Assembly (NCBI RefSeq): GCF_001194135.2
Contig: NC_068993.1
Span: 18,170,817 to 18,233,210, forward strand
Source of the DNA: Octopus bimaculoides
Lineage: Eukaryota
DNA: 62,394 nt
Direction: 5' to 3'
In this document: positions 47,998-59,140 of the stretch, piece by piece
How positions within the stretch are numbered: the stretch's first letter is position 1
How the letters are laid out: each line of letters starts with the position of its first letter
The notes under the pieces: model-generated
Told to the model about the DNA's origin: nothing
The model's input: only the letters and a program-made list of their open reading frames with translations
Database searches by the model: none
Position numbers and translations under genes: made by a program

Positions 47998-48185
47998 TCT
48001 TTGTTACCTTGTGCATGTAAGCAAAAGCAGTGTATTGTAATTACTTGTCTTTGTCTGTGTGTTTGCGAAATTACTGGAAAATGGCTGAATGGATTTTCAC
48101 CAAATTTGGCAAAAATACTCATTGGGTGAGTGGCTTGAAATGATGAAAATTTGGATTGATTATCTTTAAATATGCATAAATACAT
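47998..48185 (+). mobile_element. Helentron/HINE-like non-autonomous element fragment
   Basis: ttacc...gtctttgtctgtgtgttt...aatggattttcaccaaatttggc layout resembles DINE-1/HINE-type elements as recalled. Confidence 0.35.
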
Positions 48186-48538
48186 ACATAGATATGTGAT
48201 TCTGTGTGTGTGTGTATGTGTACAGTGATGAACTTGAGGGTTTCATTTATTTCCGAGTTGATTTCTTAATTTCACCAGAGTATAAATAACTATAATGGTG
48301 ATACTTAAAAAAAAAATTTTTTAAATCAATCTTACCAATTTCCTGATAAGCAAGTGGTCATATTGTTTATATCCTACAATGAACTATAGTATGTTTTATT
48401 CACCTGCCATCATTGAAAAACATTGAAAACACTTCTCAAATTCTATGCAACATATACGTGCCACATGTACATATGCCAGTTGCATGGCATTGATATCTGC
48501 CACAACTATGAATTTGCTCAGCTTGATGGGTCTTCTTA

Positions 48539-48953
48539 GGAGTGGCTGTGTGGTAAGTAGCTAGCTTACCAACCACATGGTCCCGGGTTCAGTCCCACTG
48601 CGTGGCATCTTGGGCAAGTGTCTTCTACTATAGCCTCGGGCCGACCAAAGCCTTGTGAGTGGATTTGGTAGACGGAAACTGAAAGAAGCCCGTCGTATAT
48701 ATGTATATATATATATGTATGTGTGTGTCTGTTTGTATGTGTGTGTTTGTCCCCCTCAACATCGCTTGACAACCGATGCTGGTGTGTTTATGTACCCGTA
48801 ACTTAGCGGTTCGGCAAAAGACATCGATAGAATAAGTACTAGGCTTCTAAAGAATAAGTCGTGGGGTCGATTTGATCGACTAAAGGCGGTGCTCCAGCAT
48901 GGCCACAGTCAAAAGACTGAAACAAGTAAAAGAGTAAAAAAAGAGTAAAAGAG
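48539..48953 (+). mobile_element. Full-length, CpG-intact CORE-type SINE (reference copy)
   Basis: A-box gtggctgtgtgg, B-box gggttcagtcc, core accttgggcaagtgtctt and (gagtaaaa)n tail. Similar copies at about 54298-54688, 56525-56898 and 58768-58920. Confidence 0.9.
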
Positions 48954-49256
48954 TATATATATATGTCATGTGGTAATGCTCCAACATGTAGAAAAGCACT
49001 TGATCAGCTAAGATAGTAAAGATAATGTTATTATAAAAAACCCACAACTCTTGTTAAATATGGCTACCCAGGGTATATTAATCGAAATAGTAATATATTT
49101 TATCATTTCCTAAGTTGAGAACAAGACTGTCTTGTTCTCAAATTAAATGGCAAAATATACGAGTTTTTTCAACCAGGGCGTTTTGGGTAGCTGTATTTAA
49201 CAAGATTTGTGGGGTTTTTTTTATTATAACAGTGTGTGAATATGTATGTTTATATA

Positions 49257-49328
<72 letters not shown>

Positions 49329-49499
49329 NNNNNNNNNNNNNNNNNNNNNNNNNNNNNNNNNNNNNNNNNNNNNNNNNNNNNNNNNNNNNNNNNNNNNNNN
49401 NNNNNNNNNNNNNNNNNNNNNNNNNNNNNNNNNNNNNNNNNNNNNNNNNNNNNNNNNNNNNNNNNNNNNNNNNNNNNNNNNNNNNNNNNNNNNNNTATT

Positions 49500-49536
<37 letters not shown>

Positions 49537-49570
49537 TCATATGTATATACATACACATATGTATTGTGTG

Positions 49571-49624
<54 letters not shown>

Positions 49625-49649
49625 CATATATATAGATACAAAATTATCA

Positions 49650-50650
49650 CAGGCAATAAAGTATCTTGATGTTGTAAACCTGCAGAACGACCTAAATGCA
49701 ATATACAAGCAGGCAGAGCAAAACAATATGCAATTTAATGCTGAAAAATTTCAAGCACTGCGCTATAAGATCACAAATGCTACACTACTGACATTTACAG
49801 GACCCGGAGGTACTGCTATCCCAGAATCACAAACATTGAGAGACCTGGGCTTCAGTATGTGTAATGATGCATCATTTCACATACACATTACCAAGCTGGC
49901 AGCAAAGTGCAGACAACTGGCAGGATGGATACTAAGCACATTAAGGACAAGAGATCAAGAAGTCATGTTGACTCTATGGAAGACCTTTGTGCTCAGCCGC
50001 CTAGGCTACTGCTATCAGCTGTGGTCACCACACAATCTCATGCTAACAGCAGAGCTTGAAGCAATCCAGCGTCACTACACTAGAAAGACTGCTACAGTCA
50101 AACAGATGAACTACAGGGAGAGGCTGAAAGAACTACAGCTCTACTCCCTAGAGCGCAGACGTGACAGATATGTAATAATTTACACGTGGAAAATATTGGA
50201 AGGGCTAGTGCCTAATTTTAGCATCAAATGTTATAGGAAACCTCGCACTGGATACTACTGCACAGTACTGAAGGTACCGTCTGATGCATCTAATATTAGA
50301 ACCAGGTACTGCAGCAGCCTAGGGTTCAGAAGACCACAGCTCTTCAATACTCTGCCAAAGCAATTGAGAAACTTAGACGATGTAGAAGTCTTCGAAAAGA
50401 AACTGGACACTCTGCTACCCCTACATAATACCAGACGAACCAATGGCATGACATGGGGCACAGTTGAGGGCAGCAGTGTCAAATTCCCTCGTACACCAGA
50501 TGGACCATCAACAATTTTGATGGGATTGCATTAGTCGGAGGAGAGGAACCAGGGAAGGATTGTGGAGAGGGTGCAAAAATAAAGAGTGAAAATTTCATGG
50601 TGGTGGTCCAGCATTACCACAGTCACCTGGTTGAAACACATAAAAGAATA
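49650..50650 (+). mobile_element. CR1-like LINE 3' end (RT C-terminal about 290 codons plus 3' UTR)
   Basis: LQNDLNAIY, MQFNAEKF, RDLG, SRLGYCYQLWSPH, LEAIQR and YRERLKELQLYSLERRR; stop at 50532-34; tail ...gaaacacataaaagaa(ta)n. Confidence 0.92.
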
Positions 50651-50664
50651 TATATATATATATA

Positions 50665-50764
50665 CTTTATTTAAAAGCAGCAGAAATATAACAAAAAAAA
50701 CGTTACTCTAAGTTTCACGTTCCCGTTCATCGGACAGTTTTGTTTCTGCTGCTTTTAAATAAAG
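50665..50764 (-). mobile_element. Penelope-type terminal cassette: 22-bp perfect inverted repeat around a degenerate hammerhead
   Basis: ctttatttaaaagcagcagaaa / tttctgctgcttttaaataaag; minus strand CCGATGA-acgggaacgt-GAAA-cttaga-GTA. Confidence 0.55.
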
Positions 50765-50834
50765 CATATTACTCTACCTCTGGTATTCGAGTACTCTTTT
50801 TTCCACCTTGTTGCACATTTCATGTGCTTACTCC

Positions 50835-50875
<41 letters not shown>

Positions 50876-51215
50876 NNNNNNNNNNNNNNNNNNNNNNNNN
50901 NNNNNNNNNNNNNNNNNNNNNNNNNNNNNNNNNNNNNNNNNNNNNNNNNNNNNNNNNNNNNNNNNNNNNNNNNNNNNNNNNNNNNNNNNNNNNNNNNNNN
51001 NNNNNNNNNNNNNNNNNNNNNNNNNNNNNNNNNNNNNNNNNNNNNNNNNNNNNNNNNNNNNNNNNNNNNNNNNNNNNNNNNNNNNNNNNNNNNNNNNNNN
51101 NNNNNNNNNNNNNNNNNNNNNNNNNNNNNNNNNNNNNNNNNNNNNNNNNNNNNNNNNNNNNNNNNNNNNNNNNNNNNNNNNNNNNNNNNNNNNNNNNNNT
51201 ATATATATATATATA

Positions 51216-51258
<43 letters not shown>

Positions 51259-51424
51259 ATGTATAGATATATATATATATGTGTATGTATAGATATATAT
51301 ATATATATGAGTATGTATATATATGTGTGTGTGTATACATGTTTATATATATGTGTATGTATATATGTGTGTGTGTATATATGTGTATACATATGTGTAT
51401 GTATGTATATATACATGTGTATGT

Positions 51425-51706
51425 ATATAGGATATACTTTTCATAATGGGATAAAAAAACCAAAGGCTGTGTATAATATAGAACATTTATAAATAGAAGG
51501 TCTTACAGCTGTTTCCAGGATATTTATTATATCCCTTCATGGGAGACGGTGTAGAGAATGATAAAGCAATAGTTAGTTTGGTTAAGATAGGAAATAGAGA
51601 GTGAATGTAGTGATATTGTATTTGTAAATCATTTACAAAATCATTTACAAATATTATGCACAGCCTTGGTTTTTTTTTATCTCATTACGAAACGTATATC
51701 CTATAT
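51425..51706 (-). mobile_element. Penelope-type terminal cassette: about 55-bp inverted repeat around a degenerate hammerhead
   Basis: IR arms 51425-479 and 51651-706; minus strand gtct-CCCATGA-agggatataataaatatcctg-GAAA-cagct-GTA-agac. Confidence 0.6.
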
Positions 51707-51942
51707 TCACACGCTGATATATGACCTACATTGGACCCCTTATTCGTATAACCCTGAACCTGGAGCTTAACCGTGGTCTATCCATAGCACTTACTCAGCA
51801 TTAACTGAAACCTCTGGGTCTAATTGACACCACTGTCGCTCATAACCTGTGTATGTATATATATATATATATATGTTCACCAGTCCTCAGTCAAATCGTG
51901 CAACCCATGCTAGCATGAACAGCCAACGTTAAACTATGATGA

Positions 51943-51983
<41 letters not shown>

Positions 51984-52689
51984 GTCCATATTCTATGCTA
52001 GCATGGATCGGATGCTTTGACATAACCTGATGAGCCAGAGGACTGCATTGAGCTTCAGTGTCTTCTCTGGCAAGGCTTTTATAACGGGATGCCTTTCTTA
52101 ATCCCAGCCACTTTACAGAGTGTACTGGGTGCTTTTTTTTATGTGACACCAGCGCTAATGTGGTCACCAGATAATTTGCAAGGAAAGACCTCTGATTGTA
52201 ATATTGACTGAGTTGCTTTGTGCCATTCCGCTCTGCTGCTAAAGTCATCACCAAGTAACTCACAAGGAAGACCCTTTGCTGTCATACTGACTGGGGTGAC
52301 TTATTGCAGTCCAGCTGTTCAATTGCGTTGAAGTCTGTGATGGAATACTGCTGATCATGTCAAAAATCAACTGATTAATTCTATTGTCTGTTGATGTTGA
52401 CATTCATGCAGTGTTCAGTTTTTATTGTAGCAACTGATGTGTTTTAGTGAGCATATGTGAATGATTAGCCCTGTTCATAGGCTGACAGTAAAATGAAATA
52501 TTGTTAATCTGGTTCATTATCTTCATGGTGTAGATGTGGTTCTATGGTTAAGAAGTTTGCTTTGTAACCATGCGGTTTTCGGTTCAGTCCCACTATGTGG
52601 AACTTAGAACAAGTATCTTCTACTATAACCTCAGATTGATTAAAGCATTGAGTGATTTGGTAACTGGGAACCACAAGAAATCCATCATA

Positions 52690-52935
52690 AATGTGTGTAT
52701 GTTTCTGTCTCTTTGTCTTAACACTATTTGAAATTTGTAAATGATTGTCACTGTCATACAATCAGTGTAATTCATTTTTCATTTCCAATATTTTACAATA
52801 ACATAACTGGCCATGGATATTTATTACCTTGCTTGGATACAGGTGAGGTTTGGCAACAAGAAGGGCATCCAGCTGTAGAAAATCTTCAGTAAGCTTCTTT
52901 CGACCATGTGAGCTTGGAAAAGCAGACATTAAAAT
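52690..52935 (+). mobile_element. Short repeat family sharing the RTE 3' tail (RTE-tailed SINE-like element)
   Basis: atattaccttgcttgga.acaggtgagg.ttggcaacaagaagggcatccagctgtag...gacattaaa. Copies at about 5608-5830(-), 26770-27005, 29085-29290, 57085-57320 and 58494-58730(-). Confidence 0.65.
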
Positions 52936-53133
52936 GAGGACAATTATCATACTGGTTTTCCATGTAACCATGTGTTTGACAAGACTTCCCAAGGCGGTAT
53001 TCTATGGCTGAACCAACTTCCTGATACCAAGCTTTGCTTGTTTCCATGTCGAACACACAGTTCCACTGCTCTTCTTGCAAATTGAGGGACATAAGCATAT
53101 ATCACTGCTGCCCAAGCCGTATTAGTATGAAGG

Positions 53134-53611
53134 TTGTTGTTGTTGTTGTTGGCACTCCGTCGCTTACGACGTCGAGGGTTCCAGTTGATCCGATCGACGG
53201 AACAGCCTGCTCCTGAAATTAACGTGCAAGTGACTGAGCACTCCACAGACACGTGTAACCTTAACCTAGTTCTCGGGAATATTCAGCGTGACACAGTGTG
53301 ACAAGGCTGACCCTTTNNNNNNNNNNCACAGACACGTGTAACCTTAACCTAGTTCTCGGGAATATTCAGCGTGACACAGTGTGACAAGGCTGACCCTTTG
53401 AATTACAGGCACAACAGAAACAGGAAGTAAGAGTGAGAGAAAGTTGTGGTGAAAGAGTACAGCAGGGTTCGCCACCATCCCCTGCCAGAGCCTCGTAGAG
53501 CTTTAGGTGTATTCGCTCAGTAAATGCTCACAACGCCCTGTCTGGGAATTGAAACCGCGATCCTATGACCGCATGTCCGCTGCCCTAACCACTGGGCCAT
53601 TGCGCCTCCAC
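53134..53611 (-). mobile_element. Full-length tRNA-derived SINE with (CAA)n tail
   Basis: Perfect 11-bp TSD tagtatgaagg (53123-33 / 53612-22); a short artefactual duplication spans a 10-N gap. Confidence 0.9.
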
Positions 53612-55389
53612 TAGTATGAAGGAGCACAGAGAAATATACACACATACTTACACACACACACTCACACTCACACTCACACACACACACACACACACATACA
53701 CACACACACACTCTCTCTGGTATTCAAATAACTGTAACTCTATAGTAACTGTTATGCATAAAAAAGAAATAAAAGAAAATGTGTTGCTAATTAGAGTCAA
53801 GAGAATTTGTGCTAATTTGTGTTAATTAATTAATTGTCATTGAGAGAGTAAGTTTCTGTTGTATCTAAAATGGATCACTGCTTCTCAAATTAAAGTACAT
53901 TGCTTTATTTTACTACATTTACAGTATCTATAATGTATTGTGAAGGCATGTGGCCGACAGGTTAGGCTGTTGTACTCACAGTCGCTAGGTCATGGGTTCA
54001 ATTCCCTGACTGGGTGGTGTGTTGTGTTCTTGAGCAAAACACTTTATTTCACATTGCTCCAATGCCCCTTCGATCAGGGAGGAATGCTGCCCTGCTGGCC
54101 TAACCATCAGGGTGGTGTCATTTGATGGCTAAAACAATGCAGAAGTGCATTGTGACCAGTGAAGTGTTACAACATCTGACAGCCTGGTTTGTCATGTGAT
54201 CATGTATTAGGTTAATGAAACTTGTTCTTTATTTAAATTATGCTTTTATTTCTTCTTTCATTTCTACTATATTCAGAGTATTAATTTAAAATTTTGGCAC
54301 CGAGTGGCTGTGTGGTAAGTAGCTTGCTTACCAACCACATGGTTCCGAGTTCAGTCCCACTGCATGGCACCTTGGGCAAGTGTCTTCTGCTATAGCCTCG
54401 GGCCGACCAAAGCCTTGCGAGTGGATTTGGAAGACGGAAACTGAAAGAAGCCTGTCGTATATATGTATATGTGTGTATATGTTTGTGTGTCTTTGTTTGT
54501 CCCCCCAACATCGCTTGACAACCGATGGAGGTGTGTTTATGTCCCCATAACTTAGCGGTTCTGCAAAAGAGACTGTTAGAATAAGTACTAGGCTTACAAA
54601 GAATAAGCTACGGGGTCGATTTGCTTGACTAAAGGCGGTGCTCCAGCATGGCTGCAGTCAAGTGACTGAAACAAGTAAAAGAGAGTAAAGCCAGAAATTT
54701 TGGGATAAGCTTAAGTCAATTAAATTGACTCAACTGGTATTTATTTTATCGACCCTGAAAGGATGAAAAGTAAATTTAACCCCAGCAGCATTTGAACTCG
54801 GAATGTAAATCTCTACAGATTTTCTGTATAAATTATAGCCAACACTGGTTTGTTACAACATTTCATAACCGAATACATCTAATGTAAACAAAGTGATGGA
54901 AAATGGAAAAATCGGTAATGGATGTATTTGCATATTTCAGGAATTCTTGCTTCTTTTTCAGCACCACATCCAACCCATTAGCTCTCCATGAACAAATTGC
55001 TTGAATAGTCACTAAATATAGCAGTGTAACTCTATTGAATATACCAGTTTTACATATCAAGTGGTAACACAAAGTAGGAAGAAATGCTGCTAAAAAATTT
55101 ATCTGGCACAGTAATGATTCTGCTAGCATGTCGCTTTAACTATATTCGGAATATCAAGGATAATGCTGATGTGTATACAGAGTTTTAATGAGTTTTGTAA
55201 GGTGTTATGGTAATTTAAAAAGTGATGATTAGATATTCAGAAAATTCTGTTGTCCAACAACCTTCTGGTTCCAGTCGTGCCAGATAGGAGGGAGTTTACC
55301 GTATTTACGTCTGGTTTTCAAGATTCTCAGTTAAAATTTTGATTAACCAAAAATCAACCCCATCTAAGTGGACCTTTCTTTTATCTATC

Positions 55390-55760
55390 TTGTTTCAGTC
55401 GTAAGACTGTAGGCATACTGGGGCACCGCCTTGAAGAATTTTTAGTTGAATGATTTGATCTCAGTGCTTATTTTTTTTAAAGCCTGCTACATATTCCATT
55501 GATCTCTTTTGCTGAACGGCTAAGTTATGGGGATGTAAACACACCAACACTGGTTGTCAAGCAGTGGTTGGGGACAAACATGGACATAAAGACACACACA
55601 CACAATGAGTTTCCACAATTTCCATCTACCAAATTCATTCATAAAGCATTGGTTAGCCTGGCGCTATTGTAGAAGACACTTGCTGAAGTTGCTGTGCAGT
55701 GGGATTGAACTGAAAACCATATGGTTGCAAAGTTAGCTTCTTAACTACACAGCTATGCCT
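55390..55760 (-). mobile_element. CORE-type SINE, antisense, decayed
   Basis: Reverse complement of the reference family with CpG decay. Confidence 0.75.
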
Positions 55761-55831
55761 GCATATTGCTTGGCTGGTTTGACAGGATCTGATAACTTGG
55801 AGGACTGTATTGTACAAGTGTCTCTGTGTGT

Positions 55832-55936
55832 CAGTGGTTCCCAATCTGTGGTCCGCAAAGGTAGTACCTGGGGTCTATAGGAAAACTCATTTAAATAAAA
55901 AAAGGTCCTTGGTAGTGAAAATGTTGAGAACTACTG
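55832..55936. mobile_element. 105-bp hAT (Charlie-type) MITE
   Basis: TIRs cagtggttcccaa / ttgagaactactg; flanks ctgtgtgt / gtgtgtgt. Confidence 0.7.
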
Positions 55937-56357
55937 GTGTGTGTGAAGAGTGAAATAGATGGGTGGAAGTAATTGTGATAGGGATTTTTGAAATACATAA
56001 AAATCATTGAGTATTAGTTATCTCCCTTTATTTATTTATTTATTTATTTATGTTTTTGTTAGTTCAAATCCTACAGGAGATGACTTTTGCGTTTTGTTCT
56101 GCTGAGGTCTTTCAAATATACAGTTCAAAAATGGAGTAAATTGGTTGAGAGGAGTACAGAAAAAAAGTCTAATATATTGAAGCCAAGCTCTTTGTCAGAG
56201 AGTGTGATGATGCTATTCTGCTGGTACCACACAAAGTATCTTCCTTTGTCTATAAACTCGTATAATTATTGCAGTTCTTATGCCAATATGTGTGAAATCA
56301 TAATTATTTTCTTTTGCGACACTCTATGAATGATTGATCATTTTATTCTTTTGACAG

Positions 56358-56438
56358 CTACTGGTTGGCTCCTATCGTGCTGGCTATAACTATCTTTGTC
56401 AGCCTGTCACATACAGCCTTGATCCGAATGAGATGAGA
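56358..56438 (+). CDS. Elovl4: Elovl4-like exon: LLVGSYRAGYNYLCQPVTYSLDPNEMR
   Basis: Acceptor ttttattcttttgacag|CTA and donor AGA|gtaagt; 81 bp, phase 0/0. GY-x-Y-L-C-Q-P-V-x-Y-S...NE-x-R is the Elovl4 luminal-loop motif. Confidence 0.97.
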
Positions 56439-57776
56439 GTAAGTATGACTTTTATGTTTTCTCGTAAAATGTTTTGAAAATTTATGAGTTTAAATTTATG
56501 ATCTTTAAATTAATAATTTATATAGGCGCCAGGTATGCTGTGTAGTAAGAAGCTTGCTTCTCAACCACATGATTCTAGGTTCAGTCTCACTACACAGCAC
56601 CTTGGATGCTTGAGTGGATTTGGTTGACAGGAACTGACAGAAGTCTGTTGAATATATATATCTTTGTGTGCGTGTCTTTGTGTTTCCCCTCCCACCACCC
56701 TGTGATAACCGGTGTTGATATGCTTATGTCCCAGTAACTTTGCAACTCAGTCAAAGAGACCGATAGAATAAGTGCCAGACTAAAAAGAAAAAAAAAAAAG
56801 AAAAAAGTACTGGGGCTGATTTATTTGATTAAAAATTCCTCTAAGTGGTGCCCCAGCATGGCCACATTCCAATAACCGAAACAAGTAAATGATAACAGAT
56901 ACAGTTATAATTTCATTGGCAACAGAGGATAGATCTCTGTTGAGCACCTTGTGTCATGACTTTGTATTTTCATGCGTCTTCTACTGTAACCCTGGGCTGA
57001 CCAAAGCCTTGTGAGTGGATTTGGTTGATTGAAGTTGTGTAGATGTGTGTGTTTGTGTATATGTATTTAGAAGTGTATGGTATACATATGTATTGGTGTC
57101 TGTCTCCTTGTCATGACATCATATAATAATTGCAAAAGGGCATCACTGATATGTAAACAATATCCTTCATTTCCAATGTTATAAAAGTATGCCTTGCTAT
57201 GGGGAAATATTACCTTACTTTGAAACAAATGAAGGTTTGTGAGAGGAAAGCCATCACCCTGTAGAAAATCCACTTCAGTGAATTCTGTCTGACTCCTCAA
57301 GCATGGAAAAGTGGATGTTATCCCTTTCATATTCAGATTACTCTGTCAAACATAATACTTGTTTATTCATGTTGTTTTGAATTAGTCATGCATTGTCTCA
57401 TAGCTTCAAGATGTCAATGATGTGATTGTTTACTTTTAGAATGACATTGTAGGTTAGGCGTAAGAAGCTGGACCTGGCCAGTTTGAACATAAAACAGGTA
57501 GAATATTTTGGTCAGATATGGCTAGTTTAAATGCTAAAGGGTTAAAATGGTGATGATTACGTCACTGCATGACGTATTTGAGAATGAGCCAATGAGACTC
57601 ATGCAGGTACTCAGTTTGCTAGAAATAGCACTGAAACAAAAGGAAACCCCTGTCTCCCTCCCCCTCTTAGTTCTAACCCACATCCCAAGTTTCAAATCCT
57701 TTCTTGCGCTGTCTCATGGCTTGAATTGTTTCCATGGATATTTGAAAACGAAAGACACCACTTGTATGACAACAAC

Positions 57777-57873
57777 CACATGATATCAAGAAAAGGACAC
57801 ATGATATCAAGAAAAGGACACATGATATCAAGAAAAGGACACATGATATCAAGATAAGGACACATGATATCAA
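57777..57873 (+). repeat. 21-bp minisatellite (catgatatcaagaaaaggaca) x about 4.6
   Basis: Directly visible; it explains the 7-aa repeats in ORFs 57673-58026 and 57692-57886. Confidence 0.95.
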
Positions 57874-58994
57874 AACAAGAACCCAAGGCTTAGGTCGGCT
57901 TGGGGCTACAGTAGAAGACTCTTCCAGGTTCAATGATTGGGAAACAAATTTTTTACCCACACATCCATGCTTGTGCCTAGCCGCCCAGCGATAATCTTGA
58001 TTGTAATTACAACAGTGTTGAATCACTTTTGAGATACCTCTGATTATTGGTCAGGTGCCACTCTTTCAGGTTCCCACTTTGTTTCTGTGTCTAAAGATTC
58101 TGCTGAATGAATTGGCTTGCAAGTCTGGCTTGCTCTGGTCCGGTCTAATTAGTGAGCATCATTGTTACTGCATGGCCCAGCCATCTCAGAGATTGTTGCA
58201 GACACTGGTTGTTGGTTGGCCTACTTTATTTTATCATTTTTATGCAAATTGTCTGAAAAGATTAGATAGGATACTTAAAGCTGGAATGTCATTGAACATG
58301 AAATCTGACGTCAAGTCAGGAATGAGAAAATTAGTACCACTTGAGTGCATGATCATGTCTCTTGTCCCACATAAAAAATAGCCATTAAATAGAATGTTTC
58401 AATAATTTTTACTTATACTTTCAGGGACATAGTAACTAGATTAAAATGGTGATTAGAATATTACTGAGCAATTGCTATCATAAAATCCTCATATCATCAT
58501 CAGTTAATGCCCATTTTTCTATGCTTGCATGAGTCAGAGGGAATCTTATTCAGGCAAATTTTTTACAGCTCCATGCTCTTCCTGTTGCTAACCCTCACCT
58601 GTTTCCAAGTTAGTAATATTTTCCCAGGACTAGACAAATTTCCAACAAAGATTGGAAACGAAAGATAGTGACATTCATTTACTACTATCATGTGATATTA
58701 AAACAAAGAGACAGTAACAAACATACACACACATTCATATATAATTCATTTATATATATATATATAAGAGTGGCTGTGTGGTAAGTAGCTTGCTTACCAA
58801 CCACATGGTCCTGGGTTCAGTTCCACTGCGTGGCACCTTGGGCAAGTGTCTTCTACTATAGGGTCGGGCTGACCAAAGCCTTGTGAGTGGATTTGGTCGG
58901 CGGAAACTGGAAGAAGCCTGTTTCATTCCACCCTGATCGAAAAGGATACTGGAGCAATGCCTTGTCTGGGAATTGAATCTACAATCTAGCAATT

Positions 58995-59009
58995 GTGAGT
59001 GCACCTTTG

Positions 59010-59069
<60 letters not shown>

Positions 59070-59079
59070 NNNNNNNNNN

Positions 59080-59136
<57 letters not shown>
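58995..59136. repeat. (CA)n microsatellite, representative of dozens of (TA)n, (CA)n, (GA)n, (GACA)n and (CAT)n tracts
   Basis: Directly visible; most N gaps abut such tracts. Confidence 0.98.

Positions 59137-59140
<4 letters not shown>

Larger units (their letters stand above)
17631..56438 (+). other. Elovl4: Span of the partial Elovl4-like gene (125 aa encoded if the upstream exon is used; 3' exons lie outside the window)
   Basis: Introns 17664-44782, 44856-47739, 47928-56357 and 56439 onward are all GT-AG with compatible phases. No WW...SK/HxxHH exon was found in 56439-62394. Confidence 0.85.

Noticed and set aside
53246-53400. About 70-bp direct duplication
   Set aside because: It spans a 10-N gap, so it is an assembly artefact.
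57673-58026. ORFs with 7-aa tandem repeats
   Set aside because: They are translations of the 21-bp minisatellite, with no splice or homology support.
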